The notes below the pieces were generated by a model. That model saw nothing but the letters and a program-made list of their open reading frames with translations, searched no databases and was not told where the DNA came from. A stretch of DNA of 64,000 bases from Klebsormidium nitens (lineage: Eukaryota > Plantae > Klebsormidiophyceae), in NCBI GenBank assembly GCA_000708835.1, contig DF237305.1, forward strand, positions 31,452 through 95,451, written 5' to 3'. Made by a program: the position numbers and the translations under genes. Shown in pieces: positions 41,318 through 54,911 of this stretch. Numbering within the stretch: position 1 is the first letter of the stretch; every line of letters starts with the position of its first letter.

Positions 41318-41890
41318 GCACTGATGCGTCGATCATGCATGATTCTCGCCAGGCGGCGGCTCAGGCTATCAATTCTTATACTTTCGGCCGCCAGCGCTGC
41401 CATGTGTACTAGCTCTGCTGTATGCACTGAACGAGATCAAGGCGCCATTCACATGCAATATGACACAAAATAACGTCAAGGTCCAGATGGCATGCAGATG
41501 ATGCCATTCGCACTGCATCACGTCCTGAATGCACATGATTTTCTTGTGCACATGGAGACTCAAAGGAACTTGGTGATTGCATGATGCAACGTCACGAGGT
41601 TGCCAAAAAGATTCAGACGCTACCTCACGCTGAACCAGACAGCAAGTGACAAAGCTCCGGTACGTTTTGTGATCTTCCTAAAGACACGTTAGGTTTGAAG
41701 ACGACCTGATCATAATGCATCAGCGGTAAGCCGGCACGAACGTCCTAATAAGTACCTGTATGAGTCGTTTTGCAGCTTTAGCAAATTTTCGCTAACACCC
41801 AATACCCACCCAACGAATGGACCAACTAGAAAGCTCGAAGCAACCGCTGTGTATCGAAGCATCCCAATTCCTTTAGGTACAACCATTACT

Positions 41891-44800
41891 CTAGTTATTA
41901 CAAAGAGCTGCAAAAGGGATGCGGCTGTCCGATCTGTCGAGCCCCTCTTGCGACTTGCTAGTTGGGGGACAAGGAATGCGGCTTTCTGGTTTAACAGTTC
42001 CATCTTGCAAGAGTGGGTTGGAGTTTTGGGCCTGCTTCCCCCTGAAATCCTCCACCAAGCTCGAGAAATCAGGAGCACGAAGAGACTCGATGGTTGCCTG
42101 TGGGGGTACTTCGATGTGACGCCGTTTGGGAGTCCGGGCGGTCGAGATGTCGTCCTGGGACAAGGCATGCCAGGATGTGAGCCGGCGGAACGGTAGACCA
42201 TTCGTAACGGCGGTTCGCCTCTCGCTACACAGGCTTTGTGCAAACGAAGAATCTCTGATTCGAAAGATAAAAATTGACTGTAGCCTGGCACGTTCCACAA
42301 GCCACACCAATGGCAGTACTTCCAATCACCGAAAAATGTGCTCGTGTTGGTGCGCGCAACATGTGACGCGCTTACCAGCAGGTCGTGGTCGAAAAACTGG
42401 TCCAGCGCAGCCTGGACGTCGGTAACGTCGCGGCTGTGGTGCTCCTCGTCCCTCGCAGCCGCCGTCCCGCAGTTGGTCACCACCGCCGACAGGGCACCCA
42501 GGCTGCGCACCTCCTCCGAGTGGGCACCTGGGGCACACCCACGCGGCACAGCTCAGCACGGCGACGAACGACAACTCGAGCTGGACGGTGGCGAACCTGC
42601 TCTGCCCTTGGCCACAGGGATCCGTGAAATCGATCCGAACTGGAAGAGCCCAAAACTCGCCAGGAGGCTAGGCGGTTGCGATTGCCAAGCCTGCTCACCT
42701 GTGACAGCGGTCGTGATGCGCTGGTGCACGTCGTCTGCGGCTTTGGCTGCCGTTGTGGTCCACCCCTCCACGGTTGACAGCAAAGCCGTGTCCGCCTCCC
42801 CGGCCGTTCTGCAGCCAGACACCGAGAGTAAGACGAAGGGCCGAATTGAGGCCGAAAAAGCTGCCGCTGAGCAGACATCCTGCGCGTGCGGGTGTGCGCA
42901 CAGGGTCAAGCTGCCTCGCTCGCACACGCGCTCTGCTCACCTGCGCTCTGCCGCCTGCCGGTCTTGCTGCTCCTTCTCGTGCTGGGCGATCGTGGCTTGC
43001 AGGGCCGTCCAATGATGCGCGCTGGCCACGCGAAGAGACGCACTGCAAAATAGGCGGGGAACTCAACACATGGCTCTAGAGAGATAGCTTGTGCGGTGAG
43101 CTGTAGGCTGTGTCTGGCCTGCAGCCATTGTGCGCTAAGCGTCAAGAAACAAGATTCGGCGAAAGGAAGGCAGCAAGTCGCCTCGCGGCCGCTCCTCGGT
43201 GTGTGGCTCACCTCTCTTGCGCGGTCTCTTCCATGGCCTGCCCGCCCTGCGTGAGCGCCTGCAGGGTGGCGTGCGCGGTTTTCTCTGCGTGCTGCTCCCA
43301 CGTGCGGGCCGCGTCGATGGCGGCGTGGCCGTGCTCGCCCATCGTGGCCAGCGCGGCCTGCACGCCCGCCTCTCCGGCGACCAGCCCGCCCTCGAGCGCC
43401 TCCACGCGCGTCGCCAGCAGCGCTGCCTGCCGGCCCAGCGTGGCGCCCACCAGCGCCGACACGCGCTCCACCAGGGCCGCCTCCTCCGCAGCAGCCTGCG
43501 CCTGCAGTCAAGCACGCAGACACTGGTCAAAATATAGACAACAGGGACACGACACCGCGACCATCATCCTTGTAGAGAAACGTCAAAGGCACTTCGGCGG
43601 AAGTAAGACTCTCTAGTTACGCCCCCCTCTCTACCACTTCTTACATAATTCTGAAGATTGTATGCTACGATCTATTGTAACCACTCTTCCAAAGGCCTTC
43701 TATTTGACCGTTGCAAGAGAGAGTTTGTTGGTCAGGTTCGCCGGCTCACTTTGTAGTCTTGGACCAGGGTGGCCAGCACCTGCGTGTTGCCCCGGTGCGT
43801 CTCCGCCGCCAGCAGGCCGCAGTCTCGCGCCGCCTGCTGCAGCGTACCCAGGGCAGACTGCATGCTCGCGCTCATGGCCTGGCACGAGCCCAGCGCCGCG
43901 CTCGTGGCCTGCCCCAGAGAGAACCGTGTCAGGCCCCGTCGCAGAGACCAGCTTGCATTACAGCTTTACGACCCTCGACAGCGTGCCAGAGGGGAGTTCA
44001 CGGTGTGTTTTGAACAGCTGTGCGCGTTCTTTTCGTCTTCGCAACCAATCGCTCAAGCAACTGAGAAAAGACAAAAGTGGTCATGATGATTTTCGAAAAG
44101 TTCTCCTTTCATCAGGTGAGGCGGAAATGTGGTAGAAGGGAGAGCTTGCAGATAATTGGAGAAACCTGGAAGAAGCAATATACGGACGCGCAAGAAAGAG
44201 GTCCGCCCGAAAACGTTCAAAACGGATTGCTAACAACAGAGACCATGCACGCGCAGATTGTTTCATTTCCAATGCCACGAGGCTGGCTCTGTCCTCAAAG
44301 GGGCCTTTCAATCTTTTCAAGACGAGCTTGCCACAAAAGGATGACCCAAATTGCACAAGGAGTCTCGAACAGGCCCATAACTGCTCAACGTCGTGCTCTC
44401 CCCTGGCCAGCAGCGCGCCTCACCTCCCTCTGCTGCTGCACCATGGCCGTCACTTGCTTGTGCTGCGTATCCAGGGCCCCCTGCAGTGCCTTGAGCGTCT
44501 CCCCCGCCTCCTGCACGGCCCTGCCCAGCCCCGCCTGCGCCGCGGCCGCCGCCTCCTCGTCCTCCTGCTCCGCCTCCCCCCTGCGCTGCGCGCCCGCGTC
44601 TACGTGCTGCCGCACCTGCTCTAGGGCCCGCCCCGTCTCCCGCTCAAACAGGTCGCGCAGGTCCGCCGTCGCCGCACTGAGGGCTGGCAGGTCGCGCTCC
44701 TTGCGGTCGGTGAGCGCGGCCAGGCCCGTCGCCAAATGCGCGAGCTGGGCCTGCTGAGCCGCCACTGCAGAGTGAATGGCCGACTCCAGTGCGCTCAGCT

Positions 44801-47800
44801 GGCCCGCGACGCGCGCATGGGCCGTCGCACCCGTGCGCTTGTTGGACACCTCGACGGAGGACTTGCGCTCTGGCACACGGAACAAGTGGCCGTGATTATT
44901 GGGGGACTCGAACACTGGCGGAGAGATCTCAAAACGGCAAAATGTTCCGTAGTGGGAACTCATACTTGAAAGTTCGCGTGTAGCTCCTAACGCGGGTTTT
45001 GATGTAGGTACACCTCATGCAGGATGCAAAAAAGTCTTGGTCGCAGAGCAGGCAAACTGTGAGGTGGGAGCTCACCGATCTTTGCGAAGAGGCCAGTTAC
45101 GTCCTGCGAGGTTGCGTGCAGCTCGGCTCGGAGGCTGTCCGCCTTCTTGACAAGGGCTTCCTCTGCACAAGAAGAACCGAAACGAGTGGGGTATCAGCAC
45201 ACGGGCAGCCATCTACGTAGAGGAGACGAAACACGCATGGAGGTAAGACGATAAGAACCAGAGTCAGAGAACACGCCCTCAAATCCTCATGCGTCATCGA
45301 GTGGCGTAGCTGTCCCGTCGCACCTGCTCGTTTCTGGCAGGCAATCACGAAGTCCCGCTCCTGGACCGCACCCTCCGCCTTCTGCAGGGCGGCCTGTGTG
45401 TCCAGCAGCGCTGCCTGCGTCTGCTCCAGCTGCCCCTGTCGCCAGCAAGCGGAACGAGGTCAACGCTGAGGAAAGTAGGCATCATCATCTGCAATCTTGT
45501 ACTGGAGACCCTGAGGAGGCCCGTAAAAGGAGTCGAAGTCCACGAGAACAGACCGGGCTGCATCTTTGATTGGCATAAGAGCCCACTGGTAAACGTGTTC
45601 GTGAGCTGGCAGCCCGTCTCACCTGGGTGGCGGTGTGCCGCAAGGTCAAGTCCTCGAGCTGCTTCTTCTGCTGCTCGCACGTCTCCGTTGTCTCCTCCAG
45701 CACCTGCAAGGCCAGGGAAAACCAAGTTGGGGACTGCCCTTAGGCGCCACGCGGAGGTCATCGTCACACACTTCGAAGTGTCTGCCTGATGGGAACCTTT
45801 AGAGTTCCTTCAGAAGCTAGCAAAATACCGTTTTGCTTCACAGTTCATGGAGGGAAGGGACTTGGTGACGGCCCGTACCTTCTCCTTCGCCTCTGCTTCC
45901 GTTTCTAGCACCTCGACCCGCTCTGCCAGCTCCTGCATGCAAAAAATGGATGGCTTATCACCAGCAGACTCACTCCCAACAACACTCTTAAGCGACAGTG
46001 AGGACGTAGCCAGGCATATTGTGTTACTCGCATTCCAACAGCAAGACCTCCGACGTCCGGGCGGGCAGGAGACATGCACACCTTCTTGTAGGCCTCGTCC
46101 TCGAAGTAGCGGTCCCGGGGAACGTAGATGCCGTTTTTCTCCCTTGCGGCGCCCAGCTCTGCAATGGGGTGAGACAGTCTAATCAGTGGTTATAGTCTTC
46201 TTGATTCAGCAACAAAGGGTGACTGATTGAATACAGTATTGCAACCGTAGCGCAAGACCATAAGAGCGCTTTAGGAAGTTGAAAACAAAAGTTGAACCCA
46301 AACTCTACTAAAAGCTTGGGCCCTCAGGATGTGTTCTCAAAAGAGGCGGCCCACCTTGCTTGAGCCGGTCGATCTCGTGCGCCATGTCCTTGATGAGGGC
46401 GGTCTTGGTCATCTTCTGGTTCACCTCCGGCTTGTTCTTGATGTTCTTGGCACGCTGGGCATAGTCCAACGTGCTCAGCGTCTCCTCCAGGCAGTGCGCA
46501 TTGGGGGACACGGTGGCGATGATGCACGTCTTGGTGCGGCCCCCCAGGGAGTCGCGCAGCAGGCGGGTGAGCTTGCTGTCGCGATAGGGGATGTGCCCCA
46601 GGTGCTCCACCAGCGCGGTGATGACGCGGCCCAGCGTCAGCAGGCTCTTGTTGATCAGGCCAGCCTCCTGGGCACGGCCCTGCAAACAGGAGCGAACGCC
46701 CAGGAAAGCGTCATTCGCAGGAAAGAAAGCAAGTCACAACAACCTTGCGGACCTGAACAGGACTATCAGAACATGTCTGCATGTGCATCAGGGGGTTCGG
46801 GGGATTACATATGAGGCGAGACCATTTGACCATGGTGCTTTCGTTGTGTTGACGAGGTGTCTGCTCTGATCAAATCCAACCCAACTGCCTAGCCACTTGT
46901 AATAGTCCCCAACTTACATCTGCCCTGCTGGCCCCCGAGCGTGAGATGTTCTCTGACCCAGCAAGGTCGACCAGGTTCAGCTTCCCACACTTGATGAGCT
47001 CCTCGCCCTCAGGTGTGGACTCCTTGATGTGGATGGTGATAGCAAAGACGGAGTGCGAGCGGCTGCAGCAGTGCAAGTCTTGTTAGGATACATTCAAGGA
47101 CGAGTCCTGCCTTTGCCTTGCTTGCACAACAACGAGCTAGTGCGTCCTTATTGCCCACGATTGATGACCCTGCATTCGATTGAGGATGTTCATACCTGGA
47201 TTGCTTGTTGAGAAGAGTTTCTGCTGTCCGCCGCTTGGCTGAACCTCTGTCCAGAAGGCTATAGATCTCCCCTGCATTCTTCACAATCTCCTCCTCTAGG
47301 CCCCGCACAATGACGCCGCCCCGCCCATCTTCCATAAGGGCAAGCGGCTTTCGGGAGCCACCATCGGCGGAGGACCCCTGCACGAATACCAGACCCCGCT
47401 GTTGTATACCGATGGTGTCCCATTATACTGGTATGCTCAGGGGTCTCTGTAAAAGACATAGGTGCATCATATTGGTCTCAGTTTTGGCACACCAGATTGC
47501 AGATTGTTTGCCTGCCCTGTTCTAATGTGTTGAAAGGAGCAAGAGCGTCACATACCTTGATCATGTCCACATCGGTGGCTAAGAGGTCGGTAATCTCCTC
47601 ATTGTACAGCTCCAAGAACGTAGTTTTCACACTGTACTCGGCACTCTGGCTTTCGAGTGTGTCAAAAATCTGTTGTACGGCTCGGGGAATAACCCCTGCT
47701 CCTTCTGGCAAGGTGGAGTCCTGTCACGAGAAGAGCGTGTCCCTCTTTTGTTTCTTTATGCAAAGGGATTGGCGAAGCCAGTTAAGCAGGCAGATCAGGG

Positions 47801-48742
47801 TCTCAATTCTCACTGATTCGCATGCTGCAGGAGCAGATGTGCTAGTCGTCGGGCGCCAAGGAAATGCTACTTTTATGAACTTACCTTGCCCTTCTTAGCG
47901 TTGCCTTCCATGGTATACGTTTTGCCTGTTCCAGTCTGCACCACAGCATTCCAGCTTGGTTAGCCATGTTGTTGCCCCTACTTGTACACCTGGCCAGCCA
48001 ATGCTTTGCAAGATCACAGCATATCAGTGGCTTTGCTTCTTCAATGGCGACAGAGCGTTTGCTGCTAGACTTGCCACTGCCCTCACCTGTCCATAAGCAA
48101 AGATGGTGCAATTGAAGCCCTCGAGTACTTCATGCACAATGGGCACCACCGCTTGCTCATAGAGTTCGCATTGTTTGGACTCCGGTCCAAAAACCTGGAA
48201 GAGCAGCAGTGCAGAATTTAGAAATAGGATGCTTTTGCTTTGTTGTCAAACATAGCAGACCCATGATTTTCAGGATTACCAAATTCTGGTCAATCGCTTG
48301 AACAGCTTCTATGAAAACCAAAACCATGCCCATTTGCAAGGCTGGATCGAAAACCAACCTTTCGCCGTCGCTCTTCCCAGGCTGCCATTCAAGGATCAGC
48401 TTTTGAATCTTACCTTGTCAAAAGTGAATGTTCTATCAATCTGTTTCCCCGCTATGCTTTGGTGTACTGCCACTTCTTTCCGCGCCTCATTGCACACTAC
48501 GGCCTGAAAAGCACTTTGCTTGCTTTCCTCCTCATTGCTCGGCCTGCATACGGAAGGAAGCAGATTCAGGAGTCACGTTGTACAAACATTGCACTTCATG
48601 TATGATTCCTCTTTCCAATAAGAAGCAGCTTGTTGGAGAAGGGCATTCCCACCACCGGACGTGATCGTACTCACCTGCATCTCACAAGCACCTGTACATT
48701 CACGCCTTTGTCCTTTTCTCGCCCACCATGCACAGCAGCCAT
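41891..48742 (-). CDS. Kinesin-5 (BimC/Eg5 family) mitotic motor
   Basis: Starts [24 protein letters not shown]. Includes [103 protein letters not shown], a coiled-coil stalk, and the tail [22 protein letters not shown]...[12 protein letters not shown] (BimC-box-like TPxRR). Confidence 0.95.
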
Positions 48743-49834
48743 TTTGGCTGGTGGCAGGAACTAGATTGCCCAGCCTGAAACCCTAAACTTTGCGATCCAA
48801 TGTCTCCTGACAAAGTCTTATGACTTGTTGGCAGCCCTCTTTTCTATGCTTGCGCTGAGCAGTGCATCTCACTTGCAAATACACCAACGATACTGAGGAT
48901 TGTAGAGAATGTTGAGACCATCTTTTGCGCAGATGTCATTGATCAATTGCAATAGAGAACGTTAAAAGTGCTTGCTGCGTGCAGACTGATGTGTTCTTGC
49001 ACCTGCTTTCCGATCGTCAGGTGCCCTCTCATCAGACAAATTTCAATCAAATCTCTCAATTGGTGCACTTCTTGCTGCAAGTGCTACCGTTCAACCTAAA
49101 CCTTCCTTTCTCATGCTGCCAAATACACCTTGCAAGCTGATCCATATGCTAGTCCCGAATGCTACTCTTCTGCCAGCCAGAGCATGCCATGGTACACACT
49201 GGCAGTGGAGGAGGCACAGCAGCTTGGTCCGGACTCCGCAGGCTTCAACAACATGTTTTGTTCGCCATTTGTGCGCCAATATACGGTAATTTCGATGGCC
49301 TCAGCCTGAGGCTCCGAGTGACCGAGTCCAGGCTCCTCTTCAAAAGAATTGAATTTGAAAGTGCGTCAAGCTCGTTCTTAGAATACCATCGAGAACTTCG
49401 AGCCGTCGATGAGGTGACCCACGACAGGCTTCTCGATCGTCAGATCATACTGTCATCTACGCCTGGGAGTCCATCAGAGTCATATTACACTAGGTATGCA
49501 TTTGTGAACAAAGGATTCGCCTGATACCTTCCCTTGTCTAGTTACCGTACACAATGGCAACCAGGCTTGAACCAGCTGCAGCCTGGCCCTGACTCTGAGG
49601 CTGCATGAGGACCGAGGTATCGTGTTGACAGCTCAGCGATGACATGAGAAAGTAGACCAGGACTCGGGAGAATGGCATGGCTGCAGGCGCCATTGTCTGG
49701 CTCGGATGAGGGGTTCACATCCCCGGGTTGGGCGGCGGAAAGACGGTACTGTGCTCCGTTGATGCAAGGGGCACGGCGATAGCTTGTTAGTGGTTCTTAG
49801 GTCTTTGCAAGGGTTCTTGTTGTGCTTGCTTACA

Positions 49835-52800
49835 ATGGCGGGGATGGTGGCATCGCAGGCCGGCATGGGCGTCACAAAGCTGGTGACGCTCGTTGTTGGG
49901 GCAGGTAAGTACGCACAGGGTATACGTATGATTTAAGGGATCCAAATATTTTGCTTCTGTTTGAGTCTAGCTCGTTTCCTACATCGTATTGTGTGAACAG
50001 GCGTCCTGCTTTGCGAGTCTACCTCAAAGTACGGAGGTTTTCCGCATATGATTTACTTTCTGGTGCAGGTCTCGGAGGCGCATATGTGCTGGGTAACAAG
50101 AGTGTTGGGTCCTTGTTCTCAGATCTATCAAAGGTAGGTTTGCCAAACTTCACGCGCAGCAAACCCATGCCATGTAGCATTTAAGCGTGCGGCCACTTTT
50201 TCAAACTCTTGCCACTTTTTCAAACTTTTGCCTGTTGCGTTCCTTATAGTCTGGTTGACAGTGCTTACTTGTCTCGCTTTCCTTCACTGCGTATCCTTTA
50301 TGCTTGCAGGTTCTTACCCGCCACCTTGCTCCAAGTTCAGACAGTGAGCTGGGAGATGGGGACGGGGCTGGTCGAGGGATTGACGCAGCAACTGCAGCAC
50401 TGACAGCGCAAGTGAGTAGAGCGCTGGTTAGCAAATTGTGTTCCTCAGCCCAGGCCGCTGCTGTGGGCGATGAAGCCGCAATGCTGAAAGAAAGAGGGGC
50501 CCAAGACATACAGTTTTTCAAATCCGTGATTAACTGTTTGTCTCTTTTTTCGCCCAGGTTCGCCGCTTGTCTCAAGAGATGAGGCAGCTAGCCGCAGCTA
50601 CGGGGAGCCGAGTGACAGTGGTCAGCACCCGGGAGCAAAAAGGTGAGGAACGCTTGGGTTTGGCTGAGAGCGCTATCGCTGTATTGGGGGACCAGGCTAT
50701 CCCAGGAGTGTCTGACTATCAAGTGTTTAATTGAAAGGCTGGACAGCTCCCCAAAGAGACATGCTGTTCTTGCTCTCACTTGTGTTTCCTTTTGCAGGAA
50801 CTTTGGTATCATTAGCTGTTCCTATTGCGGTCGCAGGGGCAGGGGTATACGTCTACATGTACTTCAAGGTTAGTACAACTTTACGTTACTGCTTTGATGC
50901 GGAGTGGCTTTGGTGTAGCAATCTGTACATAATAAGATAAGTTCTCAGCTGTAGTGGCTCACTGTTGTCCTCCTGTGCCAATTGAAATTCTAGCGACGAT
51001 CGGCCGAAGATTTGCCCTCTTGCACTGCAGGGCGTCACCTTGGCAGATTTTATGTACGTCACCAAGAAGAGCCTCGACGGTGCCGTTGTCAACATGCAGA
51101 AAAGATTGGATCAATTTACAGCTTCTCTGGTGGTAAGTTGCTTTCCCAATGATATCCATAGACAAAGCACCTCAGAGGGCAGATCTTGAAGGATGCGAGT
51201 AGCTAAAAGTCAACCTGATGCTGGATCAGGTGGTCTTGTTCTGCTGACCACATGGATCCGTCGGATGAAAGGCAAGAGCAGTTCTATTCTTTCTGGGTCC
51301 TGCACGATCAAAATTGCGGAAAATCTTTTTGCAGGCCCACAAACGAGATATGGCAGGGCGCCTGGACAAAGTGAATCGTATTCAGGAGGAGGGTGCGGTC
51401 ATCCAGGGGCAGATCAAAGATCAAGTAAGGTCGACGGGTGATTTGTCAGCTCTTGGGTGACAGTTGCGTGCCCCATGGCAGATTCTCCATTGCTTATTAC
51501 CTGTAGTGATTGTTGCATCGAGGTTATGCTGCACTTGGATGCCAAGTTTTGCCAATCTGTTGATCATGTCCTCCTTGTGCAGGTTGATGAGATGAGTGGA
51601 AAAGTGCTCCGTGTGGGTCAGGACATTGAGGCGGTTCAGCGGATAGTTCGGGGACTGGTGAGGGCATTTCTAACAAAGGTCCAGCAAGAACAATTCAGAA
51701 GTTCGCAACGAACAGATGTTTCTGTCTGTAAATTTCCTATGGTCACTGAAAACCGATGCTGTAGCAGTGATTTCTTGCATGTTGCACACAGGAATGGGTG
51801 TTATCAGCTTCATTTGTGGTGCCAATATGCTGATTCTGCCCACTTTGCGTGCTTGTACAGGAGTACAAGCTGGAGGAGGTAACTGACAAGCAGGACTTCA
51901 GCAACCGAGGCATTATGTACCTGTGCTCCTTTGTCACGGAGGGCATCGAGGGCCGGCAACCTAGGCAAGAAACGATCCAGGTGAGCCGTCGAAAGGCAGC
52001 GGGCCACTGTAGGACGGAGAAACTTGTGTTTGGCCCTTGCAGCAATAGGGTGAGCAAACCACCAGACATCAAATCATATTGATTCGTCAAATCATGGCTG
52101 CTCCTTCTTCCTGGCTGCCTGAAGGCTGGCTGGCACGATCTGTTCCTCCGACTTTGTTGGCTCCAGTACATACATTCTGTTGTATGCAGGGCCTGCGTGC
52201 TCTTCGGCTCGACCGAAGTGCTTCCATGCCCATGGGCAATGGCCAATCGTTGTCTCTCAAGGTTAGGCTGCATTCTTCGACTTCCTTGTTTGCAAAGTGT
52301 ACAAAAGTTCTTGGTGCCAGTGCCGGGCTTGAAGGTCTACTTTCAATTGAAAGTTTTGAAACTTGGTGAATTGACATCCTGTGTTCTGCTGGCGAACTTG
52401 ACCCTGTTGATGGATGTATCTCTTAAAGTTCGTGCGTATCGAAGGCATGGGCCGTTGATCAATCGTCCTGATGGCTGAGAGTTGTCTCCTCAAATTGCTA
52501 GATGTTTCAAGCACGTTGCGCTTGTAGATCATGTGCATATGTCTAAGTCTTCACCTTGGCTAGAAGAAGGAACCGTATATGTCTCTTGCCATGTAGCTTG
52601 CTCGGGCGTATGTGCTGTTCTTGGTAGTATGAAAGTTGAGATGTCTAGACAACTCCCTCAATCATTGTTGTCCTGTCGCGAACATGGAGGCTTGGTCTCT
52701 TTCTACTGGCGATATGGTTTGATCAGTGTATCCTTCTTCGTGCAGGGTCTACAGCTTCTGTCAAATGGAGTTGGCAACGTTGCAGCCAGCAATGCTGCCA

Positions 52801-53130
52801 GTGGTGCCAGCACAACCACAAGCTCACCAGCAGACTCACCACACACAACGTTACAAGGGAATGGAAGGTAAGGGGATACGCTTGTGCAACCTGTTGGGCA
52901 AATGCTCCTTCTAGAACACTGGTTATCTTTTGCCATCGATACTCTGGATATTGTACTCCTATGTGGACTTCTTTGCAGCCAAGTTCGGACTTATTGCAGA
53001 TTCCCCATAGCAGATTGGGAAGTTGAACTCCTGTTGCATGGGGAAGCACGTTAGAAGCCCTTTTCGTACTTTTGTGTTGTGAGATTCTAATCTTCTTTTT
53101 CTTTCCATATGCAGATCAGGATACGGTTAA
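49835..53130 (+). CDS. DUF1664-family protein (plant, membrane-anchored coiled-coil)
   Basis: MAGMVASQAGMGVTKLVTLVVGAG-LGGAYVL...SLAVPIAVAGAGVYVYMYFK-GVTLADFMYVTKKSLDGAVVNMQKRLDQF...EYKLEEVTDKQDFSNRGIMYLCSFV matches the plant DUF1664 pattern. The 3' end is uncertain: stop at 52871 if unspliced, or about 53130 if the last GT-AG intron is used. Confidence 0.85.
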
Positions 53131-54911
53131 GTGAGCATTTTTTGGGCCCCTACTTGTCATACTAATATCTGTACAAAGTCAATATAGTGGATCTTGAAGC
53201 TTCGGGTCGAACTCGGTGAGGATTTTAAATGTCTTTTGGTCATCCGTCTGGTAAACCAAACGGTGATGTTCATAAGATGTGTGTATTTGCAGCATCAATC
53301 GAGGAGCGTGTTCGAAGATGTTTCAATAGTCACTATTGCATATGTGCTTTGCTGAGGAACACGTTGTATATGGTTGCGTGCTTCTAGACAGGTTGTGCCG
53401 CCTAACCGGGCAATACGATGCTCAGACGACCTTGCCGATGGTCTCTTTTCGTTCTCGCCGTAGCCAAATAGGCCATTCACTTCTCATGGCATACATGTAT
53501 GAAGTGTGTGTTTCTTGGTGCTACCGGCGTTATCTTTAGGCTATGCTAGCTCAACTCTACCAAGTATTCTAAATATCCCAGCCGAAGCGGAAATTCCAAT
53601 CCTATTACAATTCGTGTTCGTTGCATAAACTTGTCTCCATGTGCCAATCCACTACCTAGCTTGAACGTAGTCACAAAGGAGGAAGAGCGGCAGCCGCGGA
53701 TGGGTATGTAGATGCTGGTAGAATATCGGCAACTTCGGGCTAGTGCAAAGCTAAACACTGGTTTAAGTCGGATACATAACGCTGATCATGTTATGTAATT
53801 CGTCGGATAAAGCGTACGTTGACATGGACTTTGTGTGTGTATATGGTTGGGTTCTTGTCGCATCTGTGCTAATTAAGCGTGATAGCGTAAGGGCCACCCA
53901 AGTTTGTGAATAGGGTCACGAGATAAGAGAGCATGGCGGCAGCTCGAATGGATGCCGATCTCAACTATACCTAGATGGATGTATGCTCGCTTTTGGTTGG
54001 GAGCTGCTGATCACTGAGGAGTCATTGCATATTCATGTGCCCGGAAACCAATTAAAATCACAAACGGTTGGTGAAAGTCCGTCACTACAACCTGACGAAC
54101 TCCTATCCTAAAGAACGTTTCATAGAGAATGTTTTGGCGTCGAACCACTGTCGCCAAATAGACGACTCAGCATGCATGGCGCATACGGTACGGAGTAGGG
54201 CGAACTAGAGCTGTGCAGTTAATAGAATCCGACATTACCGTAAAAAACCGGGGTGGGCTCTGACGCACGGTCGCCGGGAGCGTGACCTGGCGGGGGGAGT
54301 CCCTATTCCGCGGACCGGGAAAACGCGGAAACTTGGAAACCGCGGAATATAATCGGCCTCCTTTCGGATTTCTCCGAGATGGGGGGGGCATTAATCCTGA
54401 AAATTATGTTATTGTGCGCGCGCAGCCCGCATTATCTGCCGGTTATGAAGTATCATTGAAGTATTAGAAGTACTGTCTGACCAGTCCGACAGCCCGCTCG
54501 GCTCGGCCTCCGGAGTCTCCGTCAAGGCCTCTTGACCTCTAGCTAATATTATACCTGTTCACGTCTATAATGCACATGCGTCGCTCACTCAAATCGCAAT
54601 ATGGCAGATGCTCAGTTCGCTTCTTTCCCAACTAAGTCAAGTGCGTCATCTTCAAATCTTCATGCGGAATGAGAGCGCGCCACAGAAACAGCAAAAAGAG
54701 TAGCTTCCCAGCATGCATATCTAGGAACATAGCTAGGAAACATAGCATTACCGATACCTTAGGCATCTCAGTCTGCTAGAAACAGAGAAAGTTCTTGGCA
54801 GAGTCAGTGTTCACTTTTTGTTGGTTGCCGGCCCGCGCTTGTAGAAGCAACTGAAAACGCTTCAAATAGGTTGCTGCATCGTTAGCTCAACATAGCATTG
54901 TCAGTAGCCGC

